NCBI RefSeq assembly: GCF_006345805.1
Contig: NC_042997.1
Location: forward strand, 164,548,001 to 164,612,000
Reading direction: 5' to 3'
Origin: Octopus sinensis
Lineage: Eukaryota
DNA length: 64,000 nt
Shown piece after piece: positions 50,631-64,000 of the stretch. The position numbers and the translations under genes are program-made. Below the pieces are notes generated by a model. That model had not been told where the DNA came from. It saw only the letters and a program-made list of their open reading frames with translations, and searched no databases. The stretch's first letter is position 1. Every line of letters starts with the position of its first letter.

Positions 50631-53600
50631 TAGTTAAGTGATTCGGGACATGAGGAAAATGTATGGTGCAATCAATAAAGAACTGGAAGTACTTTGTGAC
50701 CAACAATGTATAACAGCATCTGATAATCTGATTGATACAGTGATGTATGTATGTATGTATGTATGTATGTATGTATGTATGTGTGTGTGTGTGTGTGTTT
50801 GTATGTTTATATGTATGTATGTATGTATGTATGTGTGTATGTGTGTATGTGTGTGTGTGTTTTGAGAAGCCTAATTTCTGAAGCTTGGTATTTAGGCAGT
50901 GTGTTACATACATACATACATACATGCATGCATGCATGTATACATTCATACATACATACATACATACATACATGCACGTATGCACGTATGCATGGAAGCA
51001 TTACTAAAAGCAAATTATTAATCCAGAAAGCAACACACAGATATGATAACATCAGACATGACATAAATCAACAAATTCACCAGGACTAAACTTGTATAAT
51101 TTTTAAATATAGTGTTGAGGATTTCATTAGTTATAGCAGTGTTCCCATGATCAATTGAAAGAGATGGCTGGAGATGGAACTGTATTTTAGGAGGGTCATA
51201 CTATCAGTAAACACAAGCACTGGTTGTAGTTCACTTCAGTTTTATGTTATTATTACTCATTGTTTTAATGATTCAGTGTACTATACTGCCTGTATAACTA
51301 CAGAAGGCAATAAACTTGTCCAAGTCAGCCAACACACATTTACATTGACTCTCTCTTCTATCAGCTGCACCGTGCCATATGTGAAGCAAGAGATGCGCCA
51401 GATTGCAGAGTACATCTTATTTCAGTTTTTCCTTTGTGCTCATTCATGCCCTGTCTTTTGTGCACACTAACATTACATACCTAATGGTACATGTTTTCCT
51501 CATTTCTTTCCAGCCCTTCCACTGTCCCTATATTCAGTCCTAAAGCTTTATTACTATTACAACCTCCTACTTTGTACATAAGCATCATACAGTCCCCCTT
51601 TCACCAGAAGCAGAGAATCTCTTTGTTGATAACAGAAGTAATAACTTCAAGATCATTTTTTTCTTCCACTTTATTCTTACTCTGGTTGTATAATTATGAA
51701 ATACCCTCCTCCATTGCTAATTATCTCATCTATGTAACAGATGCTATCAACTACTTCAGAAAACCCTGAAAGCATTTCAAAAAAGCTTTTTTGTATATCA
51801 TCATTATCATTATTGCCTTTACATACACTTTTCTATGTTGGCATGAAACCTTCTGGGGCAGTATTTCATAGCCAGATATTCTTTCTAGTGCCAAGCCTTT
51901 TAATCACTACTTATAAAATGCAAGGAAAAGGTGTACCTATTTTAAGAATTAGGATATGCATTACCTATTTCTATGTGTGTGTGTGTGTACACACCAAAAT
52001 GATTTAATTTCAATAATACTAACTTAATGCATGTTCTTAATGATTGGGTTGAGAAAGATGAACTCATTATAGAGTAATGTTCTTTATCACTTAACTATGA
52101 TTGCATCTATTATTTTGATGCTGGCCATGTCAAATGTCTTCTAACAATAATACACAAACTTGACAACTTGCACAAGAGATGGTTTTATCTTAGAAGCATG
52201 TGTTTTTAAAGACAGTTTCTTTTGACTCTATTGGTACACCTTCATAAATGTCTCAATCTAACTAATACAGGTCTTCACTGAGTTTTTACCTTCACCGCAA
52301 CCAGAAAAGAGTGAAATGTGATGAATACCATTTGTGCCTCATATGTTTGCTATTAATTGTTTTGTCTTCTGTTTACATTCGATAAACTTGAGTAGTTAGT
52401 AGCCATGCTTTGCTCATGTAATTGAAAATTTAATTAAAATATTTGATGGATCCGACTTGAGAATTAGAAAAAATGATAATATTGAAAATATTTTTTAAAT
52501 ACAGGTTTTGATAAAAAAAACAAACAAAAAAAAAAAAAAAACAAACAAACAAACAAACAAACAAAAAAAAACTGGAGAAATGTGAGCCCTTTGTAAGACT
52601 GGTTTCAGTCTCTGAATACCCTGCTACGGACACTGATGGCAATCGGCCACCTCCAGTGACCTAGAAAAATTCAACCTAAATACAATCTGCATTGAACCTA
52701 CAAGACTGAGACGAACTTCAAAAGCAATGGACACCATCCCTTCACATTATGGCAATGCCATGTTGGGTGCTTCATAGTATTTAGTTGGTACTCTATGATC
52801 ATTCTTTTACTTGTGTTCTTTGATAGTCTAATTTTGTTGGAAAAGACTACCACTCCTTGGCTTGGAAACCATCTATTTTAGAGACTTTCACTTTCATGGG
52901 GACCTGGAAACAAAGTATTGGTGAAATGAGCCTGAAACTAAATAGGTATGAAGCAATGTCCTTGACCATATCAAGCTATATATATATTTTATGTAAATTA
53001 TGTATGTAGAGAGAGTCCAGGGCTATACTACATTATATGGATGAGAACAGGTAGAAGGTGTGAGGAAGGGAACTCGAAAGAGAGAAAATAGATGAGTGAT
53101 GAAGAACCAGAAAAAAGTCATTGAAAGAGAGGTGTGGGTGACATGAGAAGAGGTAAGTCAGTGAGAGAGAGGGGGAGGAAGAGAGAGGAGATATATGTAG
53201 CCTATGCAGAAGATATTTAAGCAGGGTAAATTTAACTATTTCTCCAAAAACTGAACAGCCTTAATTGGTTTTCAAACCTTATTGGGGTCTCATCAAAGAT
53301 GTCTACATCACTTTGACCAATCCTACAGAAACAAGCAGTCAATCTGTTTATATACTCCACAAATCCAGTCATTATAGAAACCTGGAGCTATTACTGAATA
53401 TTGACATACATTTTATACACATTATATATAATACATATTGACTGGATTGTCACAGCTGGAATGGTATTGTGTTCTTTACTTTTACAGTAGGTTATTGAAG
53501 CATAAGTAATATTTGCATTGTGTTCAAAATTATAAATTTATACAGAATTATGATGATTTTTATTCAACAAATAGGTCGCCAACTGCATGCTTTATATTTC

Positions 53601-53831
53601 CAAGGTATTTGTCTAATATATGCATGTGTGTACACTCCATTTAGTGTCCATAAAGTGTTGGTACATCAACTACATTATTTATATCTTTGCTACCCAATAA
53701 GCTCCTCAATATTTTGTAACTCTTAAATCAAGACTGTATAAAGATCATTTCAATTTTAGTTTTTGATTATCATTTAGAAGTTTCCATCTCTAAAATTTTC
53801 AACAATTCTAATTTTACTGGAGTGTATCAGT

Positions 53832-54160
53832 ATGGGAGAGAAGCACTCTGTCAGTTACGACGATGAGGGTCCCAGTTGATACGATCAACGGAACAGCTTG
53901 CTCATGAAATTAACATGCAAGTGACTGAGCAATCCACAGACATGTGTACCCCTAACGTAGTTCTTAGGGAGATTTAGCGTGACACAGATTGTGACAAGGC
54001 CGGCCCTTTGAAATACAGGTACAACTCATTTTTGCCAGCTGAGTGGACTGGAGCAATGTGAAATAAAGTGTCTTGCTTAAGGACACAACACGTCACTGGG
54101 AATTGAACTCACGACCTTACAATTGTGAGCTAAATGCCCTAACCACTAAGCCACACACCT
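53832..54160 (-). mobile_element. Family B tRNA-derived CORE-like SINE; older copy near 745-1030
   Basis: Minus strand A box TGGCTTAGTGG, B box AGTTCAATTCCC, then GTGTCCTTAAGCAAGACACTT...CAGTCCACTCAGCTG..AAAATGAG. Confidence 0.85.
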
Positions 54161-54465
54161 TCACAGTACATCAGTATATTAATGTTAGAAATATATGAAA
54201 AGTAAAATGGTTAAGATTTTTGATTATTAATCAAATTAAATTAGACTTTGTGTGTGCTTATATTCCTAAACACACACGCACACACACACACATACATTTA
54301 GTACATGCAACCGAGGCAGTATTCAATAAAAATAGCTATGTATTATAAAAAATAGCTATGTATTATAAAAATAGCTATGTATATATACAATGTATATACA
54401 CTGTTGTTAGGCCAGTTATTGTGGTATTTCTTCCAACCTAACATCTCTTATGGATGTGTGTGTGC

Positions 54466-54502
<37 letters not shown>

Positions 54503-54559
54503 CTTCTACAAATGTGTCTTCATAGATCTTAAGAAGTCTCTCATATATTAGTCTAGAGT

Positions 54560-55400
54560 TTGGAAAGTCTTAGTGGAATGCCAAGACTATGAAGTTATTG
54601 GGAGGTCTTACTATATGGCTAAACTATCCAGTTTCCTCTTGTTTATTATGTTGATAATGATACAGAGTTACATAAAAAGGAAGTGCTTCAATGCCTGTCT
54701 CATAATGATCCCCCTAATATGGACCGTAAAGAGTGCATTCAGAAAATTTCTAGTCTGCATGCATCTTCAAATTTTTAGGGTCCACATTTCTAAGGTTGAA
54801 ATTACAACGGAGAAGATATGGACATTGTGCAGCCTGTCATTAACTTACTGGTTGATATCTCATTTCTTTCAAATCATCTTTAAACTTTCAAATGTTATAG
54901 ATGCTAGTAAGAACTGTCATTTCAATCTTCTGATCAATTTTTCATGTGATATTGCTGAGAAACACTGTTCTACTTTAGTAACATCCAATATATGATCATT
55001 TTTATGCTGGGTGATAGAAATTTGCATTTCACGCCACATATTTTCCATGTACAACGTATTACATGCTTCATCTAACTGCTTAATAGATATTTTCAGTTGT
55101 TCAAAGATTATGGATATTGGGGCTATGTCAGCAGCATATGTAATATATCTATGGAGAGGGATTGCCTGGTTCTTATTCAAGTCTTTCAACACTTTCATGA
55201 CAAATTATTCAAGTCTTTCAACACTTTCATGACAAATAGTTGGTAACTTTGTCTTAAACTTATACACACTTTAAACAAAATCCATCCTCTTGCATACTTA
55301 GTACTGCTGTGTAGCACTTCTGTAATTTGGATTATCTTGGGATCCACACTTGCTGCAATCATCATTTTCTCTAGCATCTTCCATCAGATCATGTCAAAGA
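54560..55400 (-). mobile_element. Decayed RTE-like RT remnant with a perfect 32-bp tandem duplication (55173-55236)
   Basis: LRQ.., YAADI, EMWTLK motifs; TTATTCAAGTCTTTCAACACTTTCATGACAAA twice. Confidence 0.65.
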
Positions 55401-55409
55401 TAGCATTAA

Positions 55410-55604
55410 CCCTTTAACTGGAAATTAAATTTTATGGTTATTCCAGTAATGATGTAAAATGTTTACAAAAAAAAAAAAGGTATCTTTTGCAAGTCACATT
55501 GCCTCAATAAACTTGACACATCTCAACAAAAAGTATATGAAAGATACATAAAATTGCTTCCTGGAAATTTTGGGTGTATGTATCTGATTTCCACAGTAAA
55601 AGGG
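55410..55604. mobile_element. TTAA-type MITE, third family (P3)
   Basis: TTAA|CCCTTTAACTG...CAGTAAAAGGG|TTTA. Confidence 0.6.
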
Positions 55605-55754
55605 TTTAAATCAAGAAAGGTGAAGTGTAAGAGCATGTGATATTCTTTCACTTTTTTATTTACTTGTGTCACAATAAAAAGGACATCAACCTCAACCAGG
55701 TCTAAAATGAAACTGACTCTTCTCTGGGTTTTATTATTGATTTGCTTAAAGAAA

Positions 55755-55950
55755 AGCAGTGAGCTGACAGAATCATTAGTATGTTGGACAAAATGCTTAG
55801 CAATATTTTTTCTGGTTCTAAAGGTTTTTCAAATTCTACCAAGATCGACTTTGCCTTTCATCCTTTTGAGATTGCTAAAATGAAGTACCAGTGGTCAACT
55901 AAGCTCCCCCTGCTAAATTGCTGAGCTTGTATCAAAATTTGAAACAATTC
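55755..55950 (+). mobile_element. Family C SINE
   Basis: GAGCTGACAGAATCATTAG...TCGACTTTGCCTTTCATCCTTTTGAG...AAGTACCAG. Confidence 0.75.
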
Positions 55951-56841
55951 TGTCAGGAGGGTTCTACTGAACACTTTTTCCAGTACTGATAAAGGAGAAA
56001 TTATCAAGTAGCTTTTGTGCTTTTGTTTGTTGCCCTTTTAATGTACTGGTATTACCAATATATGACCTCAATCATTCAGTGTTTTTTCTATTCCCAATGC
56101 TACCTTGAACTTTATGTGCAACATATTAACCTCGTCTCCTGCTTTTGTACTCTAATACTGTTCATATATATGCAAGGAACTTTACAGTTTTTATTCTTTA
56201 TATTAGTTTTTCTATTTCTCCCATTTTTATTTCTGTATGAGTAATCCACATTAGATGGATTGCCTGGGATTCTGATATAGTTTCTAAGTTGTATGGGAAT
56301 TTAATGCCAAGATGTTGCTTGAAATAATCTTTCCCTTATTAAAGTACTTCACATCTGTTTGTTTGTATGTTACCTGCCCTATCTTTCGTTGCACTCTATG
56401 TTTTCTGCTCTTTCCCACATTTCACAAACTGGATTCAAAAGGTTGTGACTGATTTTTCTTAAACTAAGCTACTAATAGTTGTGTTTTATCTTGTAGGCTT
56501 TTGTTCTATTGTATTATTTTTACTCTAGTTTTGACTCTTTGTTCAGTTTTCACTGGGTTGTTGAGTATTTCGGCTTTAATGTTTTTGCCTTTGTTCATTG
56601 ACTCTTATTTCTGATGGTAGGCCTATCACTTGTTTTCAAGCTTTCAAGCATGGACTTTGTTTATGTTATCTGGTCTGAGTCGGAGCAGAGCTGTAAAAGT
56701 GCCTCCTGTCTACATTTCAAAATTTCAAGCTTTATAGTAATATAGTCTATCTCATTGAGGGTCTGATTCTCAACTGAGTCTCAAGTTGCCTGCCTTTTCA
56801 ATGAATACATACATACATACATCCAAACATACATACATGCA

Positions 56842-56872
<31 letters not shown>

Positions 56873-57169
56873 CATACATACATACATACATACATACATA
56901 CATACATACATACACAAACAAATATATCCACACACACATATACAATGCATGTCGGTCATCTCCCAATCACTTTTAACTCTTCTCAATCTCCTTGTACTCA
57001 TGAGACTGTAGTTGACAATGAATCTCCTCTACTCACCATATACTGCCTCCTGTGTAACTAATGAAGACATCTATTCCTATCCTCTCACAAGCACTCTTTT
57101 GTGCTGCTCACTGAAACAGACTCTCTTACTTTCCATTCTAGCTATCACTTTCATTGCTTGACCTCTCTA

Positions 57170-57817
57170 GCCCATTTCTTGTCACCAGTCCCTAATCAAT
57201 CCAAAACGAGTTCATTCGTGAGATGTGACAGTAAAGAAGAGAACACATTCACTCTCTGCACACAATTAAACTCAGAAAGTTTGTGAGGAACCCATTGACC
57301 CAATTTGTTGACTTTTCCGATGGCACGCAGGTGTTGATGAATAGTTAATAACCAAATCCAAGCTTCGCTGCTAGTTCCTCAACAGTTATGATGGGATTTT
57401 ATTCCACCCAGGGTTTGCATGATGTTGTTGTTCAGCTCTACAGAGCTTTCGGAATGAGGCTCATCTTCTGGGCTGCAGTTTCCAACTTGGAATTTCTGGA
57501 ACCCCTTTTGACACTGGCTTACGCATATTGTTCGACCCCCATATACTGCATTAAATATTCCTTGCACTTTCCATTGCGTTGTTGCTTTTATTGAACTCAT
57601 AAAGCAAAATATGCTCCTTTGTCACTTCTGTTATAGCATTGAAAAAAAATAACTGTTAAAATCAAACTGCATTCTTCAAAACTTGCACTAAGAATAAGAG
57701 GAAGGTAAAATTATTACTTGCTTTTATAGCAAGTTGATGCAGGTAGTTGATCCCATCTTTCTCTAACTTTTAGTTCATGCAATTGAAAAAAACTACATTA
57801 TTTATGGGTTAACCTAA
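57170..57817 (-). pseudogene. Mariner 5' half (TIR plus transposase N-terminus)
   Basis: TA|TTAGGTTAACCCATAAATA terminus; LLYEFNK, NAVYG, FQKF..G...EDEP, KLGQWVPHKL, TGDKKW. Confidence 0.85.
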
Positions 57818-57849
57818 TATATATATATATATATATACAAATGTGTATA

Positions 57850-58062
57850 TTCACCATGTGCAACTCGTAAACACCAGTCTTTTTTTCTCTTTCCCTGTTG
57901 CCCGCTCTGGGATCTTTCTTTCCTCTCTCTTCCTTCTTTATGTTTCCGACGAAGAGCTCCGCTCGAAACGTCATACCTCCCTGCTTCCATCTCCTGAGCG
58001 CCTTTTAATAATAATACTGTAATTGTTCCTGTTGTTGTTGTTTTTTTGTTTCCCTTTTGGAT

Positions 58063-58070
<8 letters not shown>
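57850..58070 (+). mobile_element. Penelope-like fragment in (TA)n, same family as 24096-24321
   Basis: Shared TATGTTTCCGACGAAGAGCTCCGCTCGAAACGT motif and colinear flanks. Confidence 0.7.
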
Positions 58071-58108
<38 letters not shown>

Positions 58109-58222
58109 GTATATAAATTTATATATATATATATATTATATATATATATATATATATATCCATATATATAAGCAACTCATGCCAGCACAGAACATACACA
58201 TTAAATGATAATGGTATATATA

Positions 58223-58254
<32 letters not shown>

Positions 58255-58344
58255 GTTTACATACAACCCTCTCCCCCACTTGACATTTGTAAATGCCTGT
58301 GTATCTAATCAATTGAAGTTAAGATGATGAACTGTGGTTCATAG

Positions 58345-58494
58345 CAGGACCGGCTCAAGGTACCGACAACTTGGGCAGTCACCCAGGGTGCCAAGGAGGG
58401 GTGTGACAAAAACAAGGAAATTTCCATGACTGTCAGCTTGTACGTGTCAAAGTTCAGCTTGTCCAGGGTGCCAGCAACCCTAGGGCCGGCCCTG
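58345..58494. mobile_element. 150-bp hAT-type MITE
   Basis: TIRs CAGGACCGGC / GCCGGCCCTG; 8-bp TSD GTTCATAG / GTTAATAG. Confidence 0.85.
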
Positions 58495-58984
58495 GTTAAT
58501 AGTGCTCATAGATAAGTGGTGTGTGTGTGTGTGTGTGCACGTGTGTGTGTATGTGTGTGTGTGTTAGTATTTGCATGCCCAAACTAAATGTGTTCTTGTG
58601 TACCTATTTATCTTTAGTCACACAATTTAATTCTGTCAAAATATTTTTATAACTATGTAATTTACAGTTTATTTGTCTTGTCTAGTTGTGTCAATGTCCT
58701 ACCTCTAATGCATTAATCTAAACTGAATTTAATATATTGCACATTCTTATTGCTTTAATATTCAAAGAAACTAAAAAAAAAAAAGAAAAGAAAACCACAA
58801 TATGGAATTAAGAGAATCTTATATTTTCAGGCTGTTTTACATTTACTCACACAGTTATGCTTATTATCTGTTTAACATTTTATATCCATATTTATGTGAA
58901 ATATGCCATAAAGCTTCTGGAGAATTGAGTTTCTGATAAGGTTTCAATTCTCAATAGTGTCATGTCATTTCATTTATGTTTTGT

Positions 58985-59208
58985 GTTTGTAAGTGTCAGT
59001 GTCGTATAAAAAGCACCTATGCTGGTGCCACGAAAAAGCACCTGTGTCAGTGCTACATAAAAAGCACCCATGCTGGTGCCATGTATAAAGCATACATGCT
59101 GGTTCCACATAATAGCACTGGTGTTGGTGTCATGTAAGAAGTATCTGGTACACACCGTAGAGTGGTTGGCATCAGGAAAATGGACATTAGATGATGATGA
59201 TGATGATG
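58985..59208 (+). mobile_element. Family D element, short-unit type, internally deleted
   Basis: GTGCCAC..AAAAGCAC units and (GAT)n tail. Confidence 0.7.
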
Positions 59209-60949
59209 AAGAAGTTCTATTCATTGTCAAAAGGCTGAATAGAGATATGTTGATCTTTTCTTGATATAATCTGGAAATGGATGTTAATGGAATGGAGAGG
59301 TGGGTTATGACTTAGAGGAGTAAAAGGTACCACTCAAAACCTTTTGGTAGGACATCAGAGATGGGGTAAGTAAAGAGAAGTGAAAGTAAAACCACAGCCA
59401 CAGGAAGCAGTGCAACTTGATACTGTTATCCTTAGACAGGAAGAAACCAGGTCTCAATGTTTGCAACAGAGTAGTGTATGCTAAAGATATCCAAGGCCTA
59501 AATGCTAGTGTTCAACTGAATAACAGATTAAGTTTTCAGTTGATCTGAAGGAATACAGATCTCGCCTGAGTTGATAATACAAGATACAAGATAACAGCCT
59601 GGATATCATACAATAAATTGAACCAAGAACTATGTGATTGAAGTAAACTCCTTAACCATATGACCCAGCCTGTATCTATTCTTATGTTCAGTTGCAAAGG
59701 CATTATGCTGTACTGACCATCCCTTCATTTTGTATATAAGGAGCTATGTTATCTAATGTATCCTATTCTATTTAAGTTGGTGACTTATTATTTCTGTGAG
59801 ATTTGGTTGATATTTCTAGCAGGTTTGGTGACTACAAAAAGGCTCCCTAGTTGAACTGTTTAAGGCTAGGTGAGCTAGGCCATTGAATAATTAAGGGTTG
59901 TTGTCAATCTGCAGTAGGCAATGTCTATTTTCTGTCATATAGTCAATAAAACAACATAGCATTATTTTATTCAATTGAAGAGTAGAGAAGAGTAGAAAAG
60001 AGAGGATGTTAGAATGAGGGATAACAGGATGGGTAGGAGGCCAGGGTGAGGATGGCAGAATCAGTAAAGCATCAGGGTTTCAGGGGTGCAAGTCTGAAAA
60101 AAAAACTGCTTTCTTGCATTTAGTTGCATCCAATTCAAAGATCAGATCCTGCCCATGTAAACTGTAACTTTTCTTCAATTGGACTCATTAAACAAAGTAC
60201 TCAGGTTTGTGAGCTTGTGTCTATATTAGAAGGTAATATTTTTCAAAAATTAAGTTCAATTTGTTTTTTATTATAATATTCATCTCATCATGTTTCAAAA
60301 CCAAGAGACTAAAGAAGTAGCCCTTATATAGTCGTTTGCATGCTAGAAATAACAGCCAAAATTTTCTTCCAACCATACCCCACCACCTTAAAGAAATAAA
60401 AAAAAACTGGATAATGTGGTCCAAGGTCCCCTGCACAAGAGAAAAAGTGATGCTCATAGTTAGAATGCTTACAATCATAGGTTAGCTCGTTAGGCTGACC
60501 TTGGGTTAAACAACAGCATACGAACTGTATGAAGTAAAGCTAATATATTCATATCTAACCAATAGTCAACAAACATGTTTTCTTTAAACCATATATCCTA
60601 GGAAAATATTACTTACATATGAAAGAAACTATGTAAAAATATTTAAAAAATTAATTCTGCATTGTAAAACCTATTTGTACCTAAAAATAAATTGTTGAGT
60701 CACTCTCTAGAATATTTGGAAGGGAGAGCCATTGCTAGCAACAAATCATTGCAATGTTGAAACATTTTTTTTTTGTGTGTGGTAACCATGGTGACATATA
60801 CTACCAACAAGTTTTATTTTTTATACTGTTTTACTTTTGTTTGGAACATTGTTCTTTAGACACTTTATGTGATATATTTGTGTACATAATATATATATTA
60901 TACACACACACACATATATATATATATACACACACACACACATATATTT

Positions 60950-61410
60950 ATTAGAGTGGGATTGGTATGAAGTTTGCTTCCCAACCGTATGGTTCCAGGT
61001 TCAGTCCTACTGTGTGACACCTTAGGTAAGTGCCTTCTACTATAGCCTTGGGCTGACTGAAACCATGTAAGTGGATTTTATAGATGAAAACTCAAAGAAG
61101 CCTGCTGTATATATATACATACAGGCCTTATGCTCCTTACAGAGTAATATCAACTAACTTAACCATATGTATGTGTGTGCATGTGTGCATTTATGTGTTT
61201 GTGTCTGTGTTTGTCCCCCAACACTGCTTGACAACTGGTGTTGGTGTGTTTATGTTCCTGTAATTTAGTGGTTCATCAAAAGGGACTGATAGAATAGTAC
61301 TAGGCTTTAAAAAAGATAAGTACTGCAGTCAGTTCATTCGACTAAAATTGTTCAAGGTTGTGCTTCAGCATGACTGCAATCAAACGACTGAAAGAAGTAA
61401 AAGATAAAGA
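60950..61410 (+). mobile_element. Family A SINE
   Basis: Head and tail present. Confidence 0.85.
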
Positions 61411-62333
61411 TCTCCTAATGTAATAATGAGCATAGTGTTTATTTATTTATATATATTTATAAGTCAACATTCTAATTTCCTAAAGCTGATAAACCAACTA
61501 ATGTGTTTCTCCATTTTCTTATTTGTAATATAAATTAATGGTAAAATATTTCTTTACCTTCACCCATCTAATACGTTATGTAAGTTTATTGCATTGCAAT
61601 TAAAAACACTTGTGTATTAATAATTTGGGTATTATACCAACAGTATATTGGATAAGTATTATCCCTTAGTTGGTTGTATCCACAACCCCTAACTTACTTG
61701 ATATATATATATATACTTGTCCAGAATCACACCGGACACAGAGGAGAAGAGAAAATAGTAATTCAGTGAAGGAGAAGTAGTGAAAGTAATAGCCCTGACT
61801 GAGAGGGTGTGAGAGAAAGTAATAGCGATGAGGGAAAGGAAGGGGTGATAGATGAATAAGAAAGGAAGAGGTGAAAAAAATCAGTGTTTTAACTCTATGT
61901 GAGTATATGTGTGTGGAAGTATGAATGTTTGCACGTGTGATTATTATGTACCTTATTTATATATAAAATACTACAATTAGCCGTCATTATTGACGGCATA
62001 TGGTCAGCAAGTAAAAAAATAAAAGATACATACATGGGCCACTTTAAGGCCTTTGCCTTGCAAGTTACAAACCAATACTCGGTAGTGCTAACATCATAAA
62101 AGAAATAGGACCCAATACATTCGGTAAACAGGTTGGTGTTAGGTGTGGCAACCAGCTATGGCAACCATGCCAAAGCAGACATTAATGCATGAATTATCAA
62201 ACCCTGTCAAACCATTCAACCCATGCCAGCATGGATGCTGGATGTTAAACTATTCCAAGTACCAGTCATATGTGGAAGCAAGCATGTGAGTTTATATCAG
62301 AGTATATAACTGTTTGTGAGTATCAGAATAATA

Positions 62334-62897
62334 TTGGGTTGTCTGGAAAGTTCGTGCCAATTTATAGTAGCTTACCTTTTGACTTATTTTAGAACATGGT
62401 TGAATCCATAAAATAGGATTTGACTACACCTCCACTTAGAGCACAGTTTAAGCTATCTTTTCGCGGAAGAAGGTTTATGTTCCTATTACCTGTGTTAATT
62501 CTGTAACCCCTTAAAATGGAAGATAAGAAAGTTCATTTTCGGCACTTGATACTTTTCTTTTTCCATAAAGGGAAAAATGCCTCACAAGCAACCAAAGACC
62601 TGAATAAGACCTATTCTGCAGAGACCTGAATATTCAGGTCTCTGCAGAATTGTCTTAATGGTAAAAATTTCAATTCCTTGGATGACATAAAAAGATACCT
62701 TGATGAATTCTTTGCCATGAAACCACCTCAATTCTGGGAGGAGGGTATTTTCAAGTTAAAGGAATGATGGAGATGCATTGTGCAACAAAATGGTTCATTA
62801 AATGGTTCATATTTGGTTCATTAAAAATGTAATGGCAAGTATTTATTGACCTTTTTCTTTCCTTTAAAAATCGGCACAAACTTTCCGGACAACCCAA
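62334..62897 (+). mobile_element. Internally deleted mariner (mellifera-subfamily-like)
   Basis: TA TSDs; ~30-bp TIRs TTGGGTTGTCTGGAAAGTTCGTGCCAATTT / AAATCGGCACAAACTTTCCGGACAACCCAA; MEDKKVHFRHLILFFFHKGKNASQA joined to FRSLQNCLNGKNF...FWEEGIFKL.E*W..IVQQNG. Confidence 0.92.
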
Positions 62898-63174
62898 TAT
62901 TTTCAAAAAACCATATCTATAATGAAGAGATATTTTATGGAAAATTTGCATTTCTTTTTAATCATTTGACCTTCTGCAAGGTAACTGAGGAATAAAATAT
63001 TAGGAATCATGTATTAAACATGAGTTAACTATACTGCTATCTCTTTACAAAAATGAGGTAATGTGGTGAACCAAGAGGAAATAAAAAAAGAAGAATGAAA
63101 TTGTTTTCACACATAATGCTGTATAAGCATATATTTATAAGCTGGTTTTTATCACAAAATATAATTTGATGCTA

Positions 63175-63531
63175 GATGGTTAAGAAGCTCAATTTGCAAC
63201 CATGTGGTTTTAGGTTCAGTCCTATTACATAAAACCTTGGACAGGTGTCTTCTACTACAGCCCTGGGTCAATTAAAGCCTTGGGAGCGAATTTGGTGGAT
63301 GGAAACTGAAAGAAGTCCATCATATATATTCTTTTACATTAGATTGCGAACATGCTGGTGCAACACAAAGAATTTTAGTTGAAGAAATCAACCCTAGTGC
63401 TTAGTTTTTTTAAAACCAGGTAATTATTCTGTGAGCCTCTTTTGCCTAACCATAGGATGTAAAGTTATGTGGATGTAAACAAAGCAACACTGGTTGTCAA
63501 GCAGTGATGGGTGACAAACACAGACAAAAAG

Positions 63532-63578
<47 letters not shown>

Positions 63579-63780
63579 TACATATACATATGTATATATA
63601 TATATACAAATATATACATAGTGTGTGTATGAGTAAATGTGCATGTGTGGTTGTATGATAAGAAGTTTGCTTCCCAACCGCATGGTTCTGGGTTCAGTTC
63701 CACTGCATGGCACCATGGGCAAGTGTCTTCTAATATTGTGAGTGGATTTGGCAGATGGAAACTGAAAGATGCCTGTCATA
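63175..63780. mobile_element. Cluster of family A fragments in mixed orientation (+ head, - tail, + head)
   Basis: Matches to the family A head and tail. Confidence 0.75.
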
Positions 63781-64000
63781 CAGGTACATAAACACACCAA
63801 CGCCTGTTATCAAGTAGTGATGGAGGAGAAACATACACACACACATTTATATATTTATTTATGTCGGGCTTCTTTCAGTTTGTGTCTTCTTGTCTTGACA
63901 TCATACAAGCAAAGGCATTCATTTCTGACATACTGCAATAATATGTCTGGGCATGGGGAAAAACTATCTTGCTTGGAAAACAGATGAGGGTTGGTGACAG

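Noticed and set aside
53255-53310. Possible further hammerhead on the minus strand (TTGATGA-GACC...GGTTT-GAAA)
   Set aside because: Core C3 is altered and stems I and III do not pair convincingly.
54085-54160. tRNA genes at SINE heads (also 9043 and 36848)
   Set aside because: A and B boxes run straight into SINE bodies and no complete cloverleaf forms.
59240-59560. Possible CR1-type endonuclease remnant on the minus strand
   Set aside because: Too degraded to support with a clear motif.

Overview
AT-rich, microsatellite-dense animal genomic DNA, most likely an octopus (inferred from the tRNA-derived SINE families and the repeat density; not checked against a database). I find no credible intact protein-coding gene. 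Almost all ORFs in the track are microsatellite or SINE artefacts, and the window reads as intergenic or large-intron sequence. It holds at least five interspersed short retro-element families (my labels A-E), decayed LINEs (RTE, R4/Dong-like, L1/Tx1-like, CR1-like), Penelope-like fragments with minimal hammerhead motifs, a truncated Gypsy element with one LTR and a tRNA-Ser PBS, mariner relics, TTAA/TA/8-bp-TSD MITEs, and a CpG-decayed tRNA-Asp(GUC) pseudogene. The most unusual unexplained signal is a CpG-retaining ~270-nt segment (26.73-27.0 kb) tiled by about ten helices and preceded by a canonically spaced TATA/Inr. It is a candidate structured RNA but untested. Repeat boundaries were read by eye and are approximate unless TIR/TSD positions are given.
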